Assembly (NCBI GenBank): GCA_039096225.1
Contig: JBBPEB010000021.1
Location: 310,001-374,000, forward strand
Direction: 5' to 3'
DNA length: 64,000 nucleotides
DNA from: Blastocystis sp. Blastoise
Lineage: Eukaryota > Protista > Bigyra: Opalinata
Shown here: in pieces, positions 50,160-63,415 of the stretch
How the letters are laid out: each line of letters opens with the position of its first letter
Numbering within the stretch: position 1 is the first letter of the stretch
Notes under the pieces: generated by a model
Databases searched by the model: none
Seen by the model: the letters and a program-made list of their open reading frames with translations, nothing else
What the model was told of the DNA's origin: nothing
Program-made: the position numbers and the translations under genes

Positions 50160-52720
50160 TAAATGATATAGATGATATAGATGATATAGATGATAAATAG
50201 AAGGAATAAATTATATATAGATAATATAGATAATATAGATAATATATATAATATAGATAATATAGATAATATAGATAATATAGATAATATAGATAATATA
50301 TATAATATAGATAATATAGATAATATAGATAATATAGATAATATAGATAATATAGATAATATAGATATTATAGATATTATAGATATTATAGATATTATAG
50401 ATATTATAGATAATATAGATATTATAGATATTATAGATAATATAGATAATATATAGAAGGAATAGATATATGTTATATGATATATGATAAAAAGATAATA
50501 TATAGAAGGAACATATAGTATATATAAATAATATAATATGATATAGACAATATATGTATGATATAGATGATATATAGATAATATATATAATGAATATATA
50601 GTTATATAAATGATATAAGATTATATTGATAATATAATATAATATATAGATGATATAAATACTATATAGATGATATAAAAATATATATAGAAAGAATAGA
50701 TAGTAATTATAGATAATATATAGTGTATATAGTATATATAGTATATATAGTATATATAGAAGGAATATATAGTATATATAGTATATATAGAAGGAATATA
50801 TAGATAATATATAGAAGGAATATATAGTATATATAGAAGGAATATATAGTATATATAGTATATATAGAAGGAACATATAGATAATATATAGAAGGAATAT
50901 ATAGTATATATAGTATATATAGAAGGAATATATAGATAATATATAGAAGGAATAATAATATATATAGAAGGAATATATAGATAATATATAGAAGGAATAT
51001 ATAATATATATAGAAGGAATATATAGTATATATAGATGATATATAGAAGGAATATGTAGTATATATAGTATATATAGATGATATATAGAAGGAATATGTA
51101 GTATATATAGTATATATAGTGATATATAGAAGGAATATGTAGTATATATAGTATATATAGTGATATATATAGTGATATATAGAAGGAATATATGTAGTAT
51201 ATATAGATAATATAGATAATATAGATAATATAGATAATATAGATAATATAGATAATATAGATAATCTAGATATTATAGATATAGATAGTATATAATCTAG
51301 ATAAACTAGATAATATAGATAATATAGATGGTATATAGATAATAATATATAGATGAAATAGTAGTATATATAGATGAAATAGATGTATATATAGATGAAA
51401 TAGATGTATATATAGATGAAATAGATGATATATATTATATAGATGATAAATAGAAGGAAAAGATTATAAATATATAGATAATATAGATAATATATAAATG
51501 ATATATAGATTACTTATGGAAGAAATAGATGATATATAGATATTATATGGATTTAATATAGATGGAACAGATTATATATGGAATGAATAGATAAATGAAG
51601 GAATAGACGGTATATAGATAATATATATAGTATATAGATAACATATGTATGGTATATATATGATATATAGTAATCTATTCATAATATATAAGAATAGATA
51701 ATATAATGAAGAAATATATTATCTATAAAATGAATAAATAATATGTAGATAATATATAGATGGTATATAGATGTATATGGATATATTGAAATATCGATAA
51801 TTAATAGAAGGAATAGATGATATATAGATAATAGATAGAAAAAATAGATGATATATATAGTATATAGATATACATAAATGATATATATATATATTATATA
51901 TAATATTATATAAATGATATATAGATATAGATACAAGTAATAGATAATATATATACGATATATAGATGATATATAGATGATATATAGAAGGAATAGATTG
52001 TAAATAGAATGAATACATGATATATAGATAATATATAAATGATATATAAATGATATATAAATGATATATAGATAATATATAGATAAAATATAGATGATAT
52101 ATATAGAAATTATGTATATAATGTATATAGAATGAATAGATGGTAAAGATAATATATAGAAGAAATAGATAATACATAGAATGAATAGATTGTATATAGA
52201 TAATATATAGAATGAATAGATAATACATAGAATGAATATATGATATATAAATGATATATAGATTATATATAAAATATATATAGATAACATATATATAATA
52301 TATAGAAATTATGCATATGATGTATATAGAATGAATAGATGATATATATATGATATATAAATGATATATAAATGATATATAAATGGTATATAGGTAATAT
52401 ATATATGACATATAGATATATATATAATATATAGATATTATGCATATGATGTATATAGGATGAATCGAAGGTATATAGATAATACATAGAAGGAATAGAT
52501 CATATATAGATGATATATAGTAATATGTAGTAATATATAGATATAAATGGTATATATATAGATAATATATAGATGATATATATAGATATTATATATGTGA
52601 TATATATAGAAGGAATAGATGGTATAAAGATAATATATAGAAGGAATAGATAATACATAGAAGGAATAGATGATATATAAATGATATATATAAATGGTAT
52701 ATATATAATATATATTTTAT
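50160..52720. repeat. 2.5-kb degenerate minisatellite (GATAATATA, AGAAGGAATATAT, GATGATATATA units), C-depleted on the + strand
   Basis: Directly visible; lies between transposase remnants and is probably an expanded intron. Confidence 0.85.
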
Positions 52721-54469
52721 TATATATATTATATATATATGTAAAATGATATACGAATATATATAAAGATGTAGATGAGTTATATATACCTGTATATGGT
52801 CTTTAGATTCATCTGTGATATAATGTTATATATATAATATATATATTCTATATATAGTATATATAGTACTTATATAGAATATATATGTTATATAGAATAT
52901 ATAAATAGTCCTTATATAGCATATATATATTATATAGAATATATAGTATATATATAACCAATATACATAAAGATATATATAACTTGTATTATAAAGATGC
53001 GAAATTATTATAACTACGAAGAGATATTATTTTTTTATGTAAAACCATTCTATATACTAGTTATATATATCTTTATGTATATAGGTTATATCTATACTAT
53101 ATATACTATATATCATATATATATGTTCCATATAAGTACTATATATGCTCTATATAATATATATATTCTATATAAGTATTATAATATAGAATATATACTA
53201 TATATACTATATATAGTACTAATATAGAATATATATATTATATATATAACATTATGTCACAAATACATTCAAAAATCATATACATCAATATATAACTCAT
53301 CTACATCTTTATATATATCCTTATATCCTTTTACATATATATATATATTATATATCATATATATACCTGTAATGACAAGAGCTACACTACTGAGACCCAT
53401 GAAAGTACCACAAAGAAGGATTACTGATGGAGATAGAGTTAATAGACTTATGTTACCTACTATCATGGTATACTATGATAACAAACGAAGATCCTTAGGT
53501 ATACTGTGACTATTCAAAGCTATTTCATTATTGGTTTTCTATTTACCAAATAGCATGAAGAATACTTAATTATTTATATTCATTGTATTAATTACTTCTA
53601 TTATTAAAACATTATAACTATATAAATTTTCATTAAGTATAATATTAGTAACAGTATAATGAATATAGTTGTAGTTGATTCTAGGAAATCTCTCTCTTAT
53701 CCTTTTCTTAGCTTAACCTATAGATATGGTCTTAAATTCTGAATGACTCTTTAATAATTCAGAACAAATATATCATTTAATGGATCAGAGAGCATTAGTT
53801 TATATTCTGTTTTTATAAAGACTATATTAATTGTATAAGTAGATTGATCCAATAATGATTAACATTTTTTTATGTCGACAGTATATACAATTTCTGTATT
53901 TATTAATAAAGCTTGAATCATATCATTTGCCATATATCTCTTCACTAATATCGTTTTTCTCTTCATCTATATAATCTTCATGTTGAATATAATTAATAGA
54001 AGCTATATTATTTTTATCTCTATTATTTAGAGTCTGTAGAAGATTATCTATGTATTTTCAACAAGTAATATCATCTGAAGAAGTAAACACATGGCTTTTA
54101 TTAATTAATTCTTCTTCATCTTTTGCTAAATTATCATCTATATCTTGTTCTATATATATTTCCTCTTCTATGTCAAAAGTATTTATTTTAGTAAAACTTT
54201 GATTATTCATTTGTTTCATGAATGTTTTTTTCAGATTTTGAGAAGTTTTCATTCTTCTTGAGTTATTGTAATAGAAGTATAATTAGAATGTATAGTAAAA
54301 TAAGTATCATTTGTTTGATTATTGATTGAATCTGATATCATATCTTTATAGTATTCATATGATGATTCTCTTATAGTATTATCTTTAAATAGTTCTATTT
54401 AATCAAAATCATATTTTGAACATTTCTATAAAAATATTATGTTAATAATAATAGTTACTACATTTATAA

Positions 54470-54840
54470 ATTTAATAATATATATAATATATAATAATAT
54501 ATAATAATATATATAATAATAATATATAGATATATAATAATAATATATATAATAATATATATAATAATATATATAATAATATATAATAATATATAATAAT
54601 ATATAATAATATATAATAATATATAATAATATATAATAATATATAATAATATATAATAATATATAATAATATATAGTAATATATAATAATATATAATAAT
54701 ATATAATAATATATAATAATATAGTATAATATATAGTAATATATAGTATAATATAGTAATATATAGTAATATATAGTAATATATAGTAATATATAGTAAT
54801 ATATAGTAATATATAATAATATATAATAATATATAACAAT
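54470..54840. repeat. 10-bp minisatellite (ATATAATAAT/ATATAGTAAT)
   Basis: Directly visible. Confidence 0.9.
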
Positions 54841-55606
54841 ATATAATAGTATTTCTATAATAATATATAACAGTATATAATAGTATTTCTATAATAATAA
54901 ATATAATAATAATAATATTTTTATAAAATACATTTATATCTTGAAAATGATAGTATTCGAGGTGATAACCATCATCATAGAAATTGTATTGATAGACACA
55001 ATTACATTCTTGAATTGGGAAACGGTATCAAATAGAGGTATCCGACCCTCTCTCTATTATAACACTTTGACCATTAACACTTGAGTAGTAGCGAACAAAT
55101 ATATCTATTTCTTGTCGTGAATGGAACACATCATTAAACCCAAAATGTTTTGAACACGCAATATTTGTTAAAATAACATTGATATAGTCATCATCTTTGT
55201 CATAAAACCCATTACAATTGTTTTGAGCTACCCACGACACATAATCAGTAACATAATTGGACGGAACTCGTATAAAAGATGCTTTCGTTAAAGGATTTAT
55301 TACTCTGGTGTCTTTCGATCGTTTCTAAAGAGTTTATAAATTAGATAAAACGTCCTTACAATAATTATGTTTGAAATCTGTTTGATAAACTTATTAAAAT
55401 TCATACTTTGAACTCTGTCAACTATTGCATTATAAATCTCGTCATAAGACTCCATAACACTCGTCAACAACGTCAAATATAGAATAATTAATATAAACAA
55501 AGAATTGTGTATTTTTTCCCCTTAATTATTTTCTCTATAATTTACAACAATAAAAACACTGCCATTTTGTCAAGTTTATCGCGGTAATAATAGTACTCAA
55601 AAATAG

Positions 55607-55657
55607 ACTGTCCTGAGTCAAGTTTTACAATTTAGAGCGTCCTGAGTCAATTATCTC
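55607..55657 (-). repeat. Right TIR
   Basis: 51/51 reverse-complement match to the left TIR. Confidence 0.92.
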
Positions 55658-55872
55658 TTCTTTTAAGACCTGAATACACCCATACGCTATTGAGCCTATT
55701 GACTTAGAAAATATTTCATTTGTTACTTATTTTCTTTATTTTTATTTTATTTTTATTAGCTGTTATTTTAAAAAATAGAAGTTGATTTTAACTTCAGATT
55801 ATTCTCTTGTATGTATATTACTATTTTTTATTCTTTATCAATATTAACATTCTCCCATTCTCTAGCATGTAT

Positions 55873-56235
55873 AGGTTCCTGCTCGTCCGTGGTTATAAGA
55901 GTCCTCTTCAGTCCATGTCAACAACGTCTATGATGTCAAACTACTTTCAAAGTATATATGTATTTATTTATTTTTATAATTATCTCTTATCTTTTTCTTT
56001 TTATATTTTTAAGTATTCTATAATAGAGAACTTGTTGTGTATTCATTCTATCTATTATTAACTTTTTTTTTTTTTTCTTGAATTAGAATTCTAATTCATT
56101 TTATTCTTTATTTTCATTATTTTTATATTTTTATTTATTATTATTTATTTATTTAGGTTATTTTCTACTGTTCCTGCTGGTGATCTTTCTCTATGACTCA
56201 ACATCAGCAAATTCATTTCTTTCTATTAGGTATGT
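55873..56235 (+). pseudogene. Orphan exon fragments outside the right TIR
   Basis: TATAG|VPARPWL*ESSSVHVNNVYDVKLLS|GT plus a second exon-like block near 56157-56229. Confidence 0.35.
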
Positions 56236-56279
56236 TTATTTATTTATTTATTTATTTATTTATTATCTAGTTCTTCTTT

Positions 56280-58224
56280 ATTTCTTCTTCTTACGCAAAA
56301 TGATTCCTTCATCTTCTTTCTTTATTACTTCTTCCTATGCCTTGTCTCCAGCCTATATCCTTGTCTCTCCCTTTGATTCATTATCTTCCTCAGATCTTCA
56401 TTTTTCTTTTATTTTTTCTTCTATCTAAATTCCTTTATTTTTCTTTTTTTTAATTATACCTCTCTCTTATCTTCTCTTCCCTTTTTATATCACTCTTTCA
56501 TTATTCCTTCTTAATCACTATTCTATTTACATTGTATTTCGTTATGTCTTTTTCTTTTATCCTGTTATCCTCTTCTCCTTATTCTATACTTCTTTTTCCT
56601 CGACATGTATTAGTGTATACCCTCCTTTTCTTCCTCTTCCTCTTCTTCTTTTTCTTCTTCTCCATATAATTCTTTGCTTTTTTCAGATCTTCATCTTCTT
56701 ATTTATATTTATATCACTATTTATTATATATATAGTTCTCTTCTATTATTTGCCTTCCTCCTCTTCCTTCTTTCTATTCTTCTCATACTTCTTCTCTCCT
56801 CCTTCTGATTCCCTTTTTTTTACTGCCCCATTTTCCTTCTTTATCTTCCTTCTCTCCTCTTTCTGTATAATTCTATCTCAATCTTCCTTCTCTCCCTCTC
56901 TATTCTCGTATCCATCTTTATCCTTATTCTTTTTCCATTTATTTCTCTCTGTCCCTGTCTATTTTATCTTATATGTCTCTTTCTACCTTCTTGTTTCCTT
57001 TTATATTTCCTTCTATGTCTCCTTTTCCACTTTATATCTACTTTTTCTTCTCTCTCTCCTTCTCTCTATTATTATATATTCTTATGTTCTAGTTATCTAT
57101 TTTCTATTTTTATTTCTATCCTTTCATTCTCTATATTGTTATATCTACTTCTATTTTGTCTCTTTTCTTCTATCTTAATCTTCTATTTAATCCTTTTATT
57201 TCTTTCTATATATCTATATCTTCTTGTCTCTAACTTCTTTCTTAATCTCTTTTATATCCTTCTATTTCTCCTTCTTTCTTCTTTTCTATCTTCTTCCATG
57301 TCCTTCTAACCATCCTTTTTCCTATTTTTCTCTTTCTATCCCTATTATCTCATTCTCTATCTTCTTCTATATTCTTCTTCTTTCATCTTCTCTCCTTCTT
57401 CCTTCATCTTTCAATTTCCTTCTCTATCTTCCTTTTATCTCAGCTACTCCTTCTGTCTCAATCTTCAGTCTTTCCTTTTCTTTCTCTTTCAACATCATTC
57501 TATCTCTCTGTATTCCTATATTTCTCTTCATATTTCTCTATCCTTATCTATCTCATTCTACCTCATTTATGTGTCTCAATCTCATTCTCTATTTCCTTCT
57601 ATTTTCTCTTATCTACTTATATCTTCGTATATTTCCTTATATCTACGTATATCTACTTCTCTATCTTATTATATCTCCTTCTAACTTAATTTACTTCCTC
57701 TTCTTCTTTTTCTCCTTCTATCTCCTCTTCTATCTCCTCTTTGTTCTCCATCATCTTCTATCTACTTCTCTATCTCCGTCTACATCCTTCCATCTTACTA
57801 CATCTCAATCCGCTTTCTCTCCTTCTATATCCTTTTATATCCTTTTATCTCTCTTTCTCTCTTATCCTATTTATTTTTCTTATTTCTATCCATTTCTATC
57901 TACTTTATCTTCTCTATCTTATTCTATTGTATCTATATCATTCTCTTATCTTTCTATCTCCTTCTATTTTTAATCTTTTCTATCTACTTCTCGTTCTCTA
58001 TTTCCTTATATTCACTTCTATATACATCTCATTCTCCAAATCATTCTATATTCTTCCCTATCTTCCTTTTATCTCTTCTTATCTACTTCTATTCTAATCT
58101 ACTTCTCCTTCTCTCAACTTTTATCTACTTCTCCTTCTCTGTTTGATTCTATCTCCTCTCTATCCATATTTTCCTTTTTATTAATATTTATCTCCTTCTC
58201 TATATCTTTCGGTATTCTTCTATC

Positions 58225-58311
<87 letters not shown>

Positions 58312-60090
58312 CAATCCCCTCTCCCCTTCTATATATTTTATTACCTTCTATGTCTCTACCCTATTTCCCGTTTTCTTTCTGTCTCTTTCTTCTCTCATAT
58401 ACTATTGTTCTATCTTTTCTTTTTTTATTCTTCTTTCTTTCTTCTTTGTTTTTTCTATTATACTTCTTTATCTTGCTTTGTCTCTCCTTCTCTCTATGTC
58501 ATTCAAATTATAATTCTCTCTATCATTCCCTATCGTTTTCTTTGTATGTATTTTTCTTTCTAATTTTTTTCTATATAAATTTATCTTTCTTGATATTCAC
58601 TTCCTGCTCCTTTTTTCTCCCTTCTTCGTCTCATCTTCTTTTCTTCGTCTTCCAATTCTATCTGTTTTCCTCCTCCTTCTCTATCCTTCTCAATTCCTCT
58701 CTACCTATCTTTATATTCTTTCTTTTTTATACACCTTCCCTACTCCTCTATTTCTCTTTTTATCTTTATTCTTATATCTATTTTTATCTTATTCTCTATT
58801 TCATTTGATTTCTTTTGTATATCTCTCATTCTATATAGAATTCTATCTCTTTCTATCTAATTTCTTCTTTATGTCTCTCTTTTCTTCTTTCTTTCTATTC
58901 ATCTATTAGTGTATCTATCTATTTTTATCTTTGTATTTCTCTTTCTATATTTCCATCTCTATCTCCTTCTGTCTATCTATCTATCTATCTATCTATCTAT
59001 CGATCTATTTATTTTATTTATTTTTATTTTTCTGCATCTCAATATATGTTTCTTGTTCATTCTTCTTTCTCTTCTTGTTCATCTTCTTCATTCTCATCTT
59101 ACTTTTCTTTTTATTTTTTACCTTCTTTCTATTCTTCTTCACCTTCTTTCTTAGCTCTTCACCTTCATCTTCTTGTTCTTCTTTTTAATCTATTTATTCT
59201 TCATCTTCTTCTTGTATTTATTCATTTCCTTCTTCTTATTCTTCTTTCTTATCTCCTTATTCTTTTTCGTTTTCTTCATCTTCATCTGCATTTCATTATC
59301 TTCTTCTTATTCATCTTATTATTTTTATTCTACATTTTCTATATATTATTCTGTTATCTCTTATTTTTTTCATATACATCTCAATATTATCTTCTTCATC
59401 TTCTTCTTCTCATCTTCTTCATCTTCTTCATCTTCATCATCATCATTTCTTCTTCTTCTTCTTCTTCTTCTTCTTCTTCTTCTTCTTCTTCCTTATCTCT
59501 TCTTCACAAGCATCTTCTTATTATTCTATTTATTCTCCATCTTCTTCTGGTTATAATTATTTCCTTCTTTTTCAAATTCTTCTTCATCATCTTCTACATA
59601 TTCTTCTTCTTCTTCATCATCATCATCATCATCATCATCTTCTTCTTCTTCTTCTTCTTCTTCTTCTTCTTCATCATCATCATCTTCTACATATTCTCCT
59701 TCTTCTTCTTCTTCTTCTTCATCATCATCTTCTACATATTCTCCTACATATTCTTCTTCTTCTTCTTCATCTTCTTCATCTTCATCATCTTCTACATATT
59801 CTTCTACATATTCTTCTTCTTCTTCTTCTTCTTCTTCTTCTTCTTCTTCTACATATTCTTCTTCTTCTTCTACATATTCTTCTTCTTCTTCTACATATTC
59901 TTCTTCTTCTTCTACATATTCTTCTTCTTCTTCTTCTTCTTTTACATATTCTTCTTTTTCTTCTTCTTCATCATCATCATCATCTTCTACATATTCTTCT
60001 TCTTCATCATCATCATCATCATCATCATCTTCTTCTTCTTCTTCTTCCTCATGCTTTTCCCATTTCTCCTCTAATCTTCTCTTCAATACC
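56280..60090. repeat. ~3.8-kb pyrimidine-rich low-complexity tract including (TATC)n at about 58223-58311 and (TTC)/(TCA) arrays at about 59390-60050
   Basis: G is nearly absent from the + strand. Confidence 0.85.
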
Positions 60091-60323
60091 TTACTTATAG
60101 ATCTCTATATTTATATTTTTTTTTCTCTATATTATTATTTTAATTCTTTTTTATTAATTTCATTAATTATCCCTATCTCATTAACTTTATATTTTTCTCT
60201 ATTTATTCTCTTTTCATTTTTCCCTCCTATATTTAGCATCGTTTTCTCTTATACATATATTTTTTTTCATACTTATTTTCGTATTATTATATATCCCTTT
60301 ATATTACTTTTCCTCTATATTAT

Positions 60324-60391
60324 CCTTAAGCTTAAATTGGTAAGTTTCAATCAATTTATGATTGAAAACAGGTTCAATTCCTGTCTTAAGG
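60324..60391 (+). pseudogene. tRNA-like cloverleaf / tRNA pseudogene
   Basis: CCTTAAG/CTTAAGG acceptor stem, CTTA-AATTGG-TAAG D-like arm, TTTCAATCA/TGATTGAAA stem, ACAGG-TTCAATT-CCTGT T arm with box B. The anticodon cannot be assigned. Confidence 0.55.
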
Positions 60392-62229
60392 TCGTTTATA
60401 TAACTATTTTATGTATATATAGGTTTTAATATTCATATTGTATAAGATTTTCAAAAAATATATATTCAGAGAGGTGAAGATCAATTATGTTAATTACTAT
60501 TTTTTTCTTTATATGTGTATTTATTTAATCATTAAATGTATTAGTTGTATATAGATGATTCATAGAAACATTCAAAACAGTTTATTCAATACAAAAATAT
60601 TCCAACAATTATCAATTACTTAATTAAGTGTATTGTCGAACACAGAATCTTCTCAAAAGATTGTTCGGGAGATTTTATAATGTTTATACGTAAAATATTA
60701 GTTTATTTTTAAAAAGTAATTCCCATTTTAAAAAAAAGATTATCAAAAGATTCTGTGCAATTCTTTTTTCATATGATCAGTGTATCCTTGTACAGTAGAA
60801 AAAAATCATTTAAATACATTTTTGACTTGATAAACAATAAATTAAGAATTTATTCTTGTTAAAAAACAAAATATTTTGAAAATAATACTAAAATCATACA
60901 GATGACTAATGAAACTATTCATTCATTTACTCTTAACATGATTTAAGACAAGTCATAAAAATGGAGATTCTTTATATTTTATAATTTTTGATTAATTGAT
61001 ATCACTGTCATGTTTAAACTTCATTTAGACACTAAATATGCAATATGAGACGTTTCTGTTATTATTGAAAATAAAATATGTATTTGAAATAATTTTAGTT
61101 TCACTAAAAATCACTGAAGATGATTAAACACGGTAAGTAGACAATGAATAAATCATGAATACAACGATTAATGAGATTAAACATTTTTTTGATAAAAAAG
61201 TGATTTTTGCATTTGTTTTATAATAAACTATCAAGACGATTCTGACTTTTCAATTAAAAATATAAAAAATATTATTTTTGCTTATTCATATGTATATTTG
61301 ATAGTTATGAGTCCTTAGTTGAAAGAAAAAGTTGTTCTTGAGTAATTATAAAATATAAATTTGATTTGTTTTTGATATTATTGTAACAATAAACATTATT
61401 TTAACTGGAAAACACTCACTCTATACGTTTTGAGTTTATGAAGAGGTTTTAAAAGACTTTTACTTGATTATAATTGTTGACTTAATTGACTTTAAAATGT
61501 TGTTTGTTCCTTTTCAGTCATATTATGATATTAAAATAATTGAAAATCTACACAAATAGATTAAAAAGTTGATATTTCATAACAATTTTGACTCTAGACC
61601 TTTTTTATTATCCTTCTCTTTATTTAATCATTTTATTGAAAGTATGTGACTCAAATTAATACTCTAAATGAAGATTCAGGCAATCATTCTGAATTATATG
61701 AATGACTTTTGTTTTGGAAATAGAAGTCTCAGGGTCTTCTCTATAAGTCTGTATTATAGCCTAGGTTTATTTTAAAAATAAGTTATACTTACAAAGTGAT
61801 ACTAAGAATAATTTTGATAATTAAGGATAAAAATAACTCATTTATTGTCAAAACTAATTATAAAACATTATAATGATAAATAAATATTTAATTCTTTAAA
61901 ATAAAACAATTTTAGTATTACTTATGATATTTAGGATAAATTGAAAATAACAATAACAATATCCATTTTCCTCATAGAAATAGAATTTTTCTTTCTCTTT
62001 TATTCTTAACCATTCATTTCATTTATGATGAAGATTCTCTATATTTAGTAGATATGAGATTATTCATGTTTATTTTCATTATTTCAGTTATATCTTCTAA
62101 ATTCCTATTACACCCTTTTATAACAAAACAAAATCCTACATGACTTATCACATATTTATTTTATTATATCTTATATGATTAATATGATATATTATTAAAT
62201 TATTACTTTATTTTATTATATATGGTACT

Positions 62230-62910
62230 ATTATGATGGTAGGTGTTTGCTGTTTCTTTATATTTTATTTTTTCTACTCTATTCATTCATTCTCTATAGT
62301 AGCTGTCTCTGCTTCTTGCTGTGGCTATTCCTGGTCTCCTTAAGTGTTCTGCTCCTTCTTGTGTGTGGTTATGGTTCTCTTATAGTTATGCTGCTTGGGT
62401 CTAGAATGAAGGGAATCAACATGAATAAAAGGTACATATATATCTATATTATCTATTACATATTATATAACTAACCCCACTTTATATTTATATAGCAGTA
62501 ATGTATATATTTATATTTTATTTTATTATATTATTCTATATATTATATATTATTATATTATTCAACTCACTCTATCTTTATATAGGTTTCCATAAGTTCT
62601 GTTGCTGTCGTTGTTGGCCAATTGGAGAGAATGGTTTATAAAAAGTATATATATATATTTAATTATATTGTTTTATTCATTATACTATTTATCATATATC
62701 TTTTATAGGATGGTTCTTTGTCTTTGATTCCTTGCCTGTCTTGTAATGATTAGAAAAGGTATATATTTTTTATTTTATTATTATTTTAAAATGTTATATA
62801 TATATTATTATTAGTAATACTTAACTAATATCATCTCTTTATATAGGTTGGTTAGGCTTAAATGGCAAATTAAAGACTGAAACTGTCCTGGTTGAAATAT
62901 TATAAATTAA
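62230..62910 (+). pseudogene. Decayed multi-exon gene fragment
   Basis: Four G-richer exon-like blocks bounded by TATAG| and |GTA, with no continuous open frame. Confidence 0.4.
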
Positions 62911-63195
62911 ATATTATATATATTTTATTATATTATTTATTATATGTTTTATTATCTTTTTTTATATATTTATTATTATTGTTTTCTATTATTTGTTTTT
63001 AATCATTATTTGATAATATTTAATTTGTTTGTTTTGTTATATCGTTTATTATTACACCACAAAAAGAATAAAAAAAACCAATAAATGAAAAAATAGAGAA
63101 TATTTAAAACCATTTTTATTCGCCAATTATTGTTTTAAGGTGCGTCATACTTTTGCACTGCTTTTCGATTTTATAAAATCACTGAAACTCTGACT

Positions 63196-63415
63196 AAAAT
63201 TTTCACTGCTCACCACTGGGGAAACCAAAGCAAAAAAGTCGTTGGACCTTTTGTCAGCAACCCTTTAAAATTTTTTCACTGCTCCACCACTGGGGAAACC
63301 AAACAGAAAAATCAAATAACCTTTTGTCAGCTACATATTTAAAAAATTTCACTGCTCACCACTGGGGAAACCAAAACAAAAAAGTCGTTGGACCTTTTGA
63401 CAGAAACCTGAAAAA
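63196..63415. repeat. 73-bp tandem repeat, 3 copies
   Basis: TTTCACTGCTC(C)ACCACTGGGGAAACCAAA...ACCTTTTG(T/A)CAG starting at 63201, 63274 and 63347. Confidence 0.9.

Larger units (their letters stand above)
49886..55455 (-). pseudogene. Decayed MULE transposase-like gene
   Basis: ATG at 55455. A 35-nt intron (55325-55359) joins two ORF-track ORFs in frame: ...DVFHSRQEIDIFVRYYSSVNGQSVIIERGSDTSI*YRFPIQECNC, resembling the MuDR/FAR1 WRKY-GCM1 DNA-binding domain. The last exon KPLYALQSKGKPATIRRKRKAEE resembles the GRP-basic motif of MULE C-termini. No DDE core is recognisable. Confidence 0.5.
42408..55657 (-). mobile_element. Mutator-like (MULE) DNA transposon region, 13.25 kb, decayed, with perfect 51-bp terminal inverted repeats
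   Basis: 42408-42458 is the exact reverse complement of 55607-55657, and it starts GAGATAATTG. Transposase-like remnants read inward from the right TIR. No clean TSD. Confidence 0.7.

Noticed and set aside
53366-53470. Possible SWIM zinc-finger remnant (CGTFMGL...CH) in the transposase relic
   Set aside because: It requires several frameshifts, so it was not used as evidence.
42399-55666. 9-bp target-site duplication for the MULE
   Set aside because: TTCCCGCAA and TTCTTTTAA match at only 5/9 positions, so no TSD is called.
63196-63415. CRISPR-like repeat/spacer appearance
   Set aside because: The 'spacers' are themselves homologous, there are only three units, there are no cas genes, and the context is eukaryotic.
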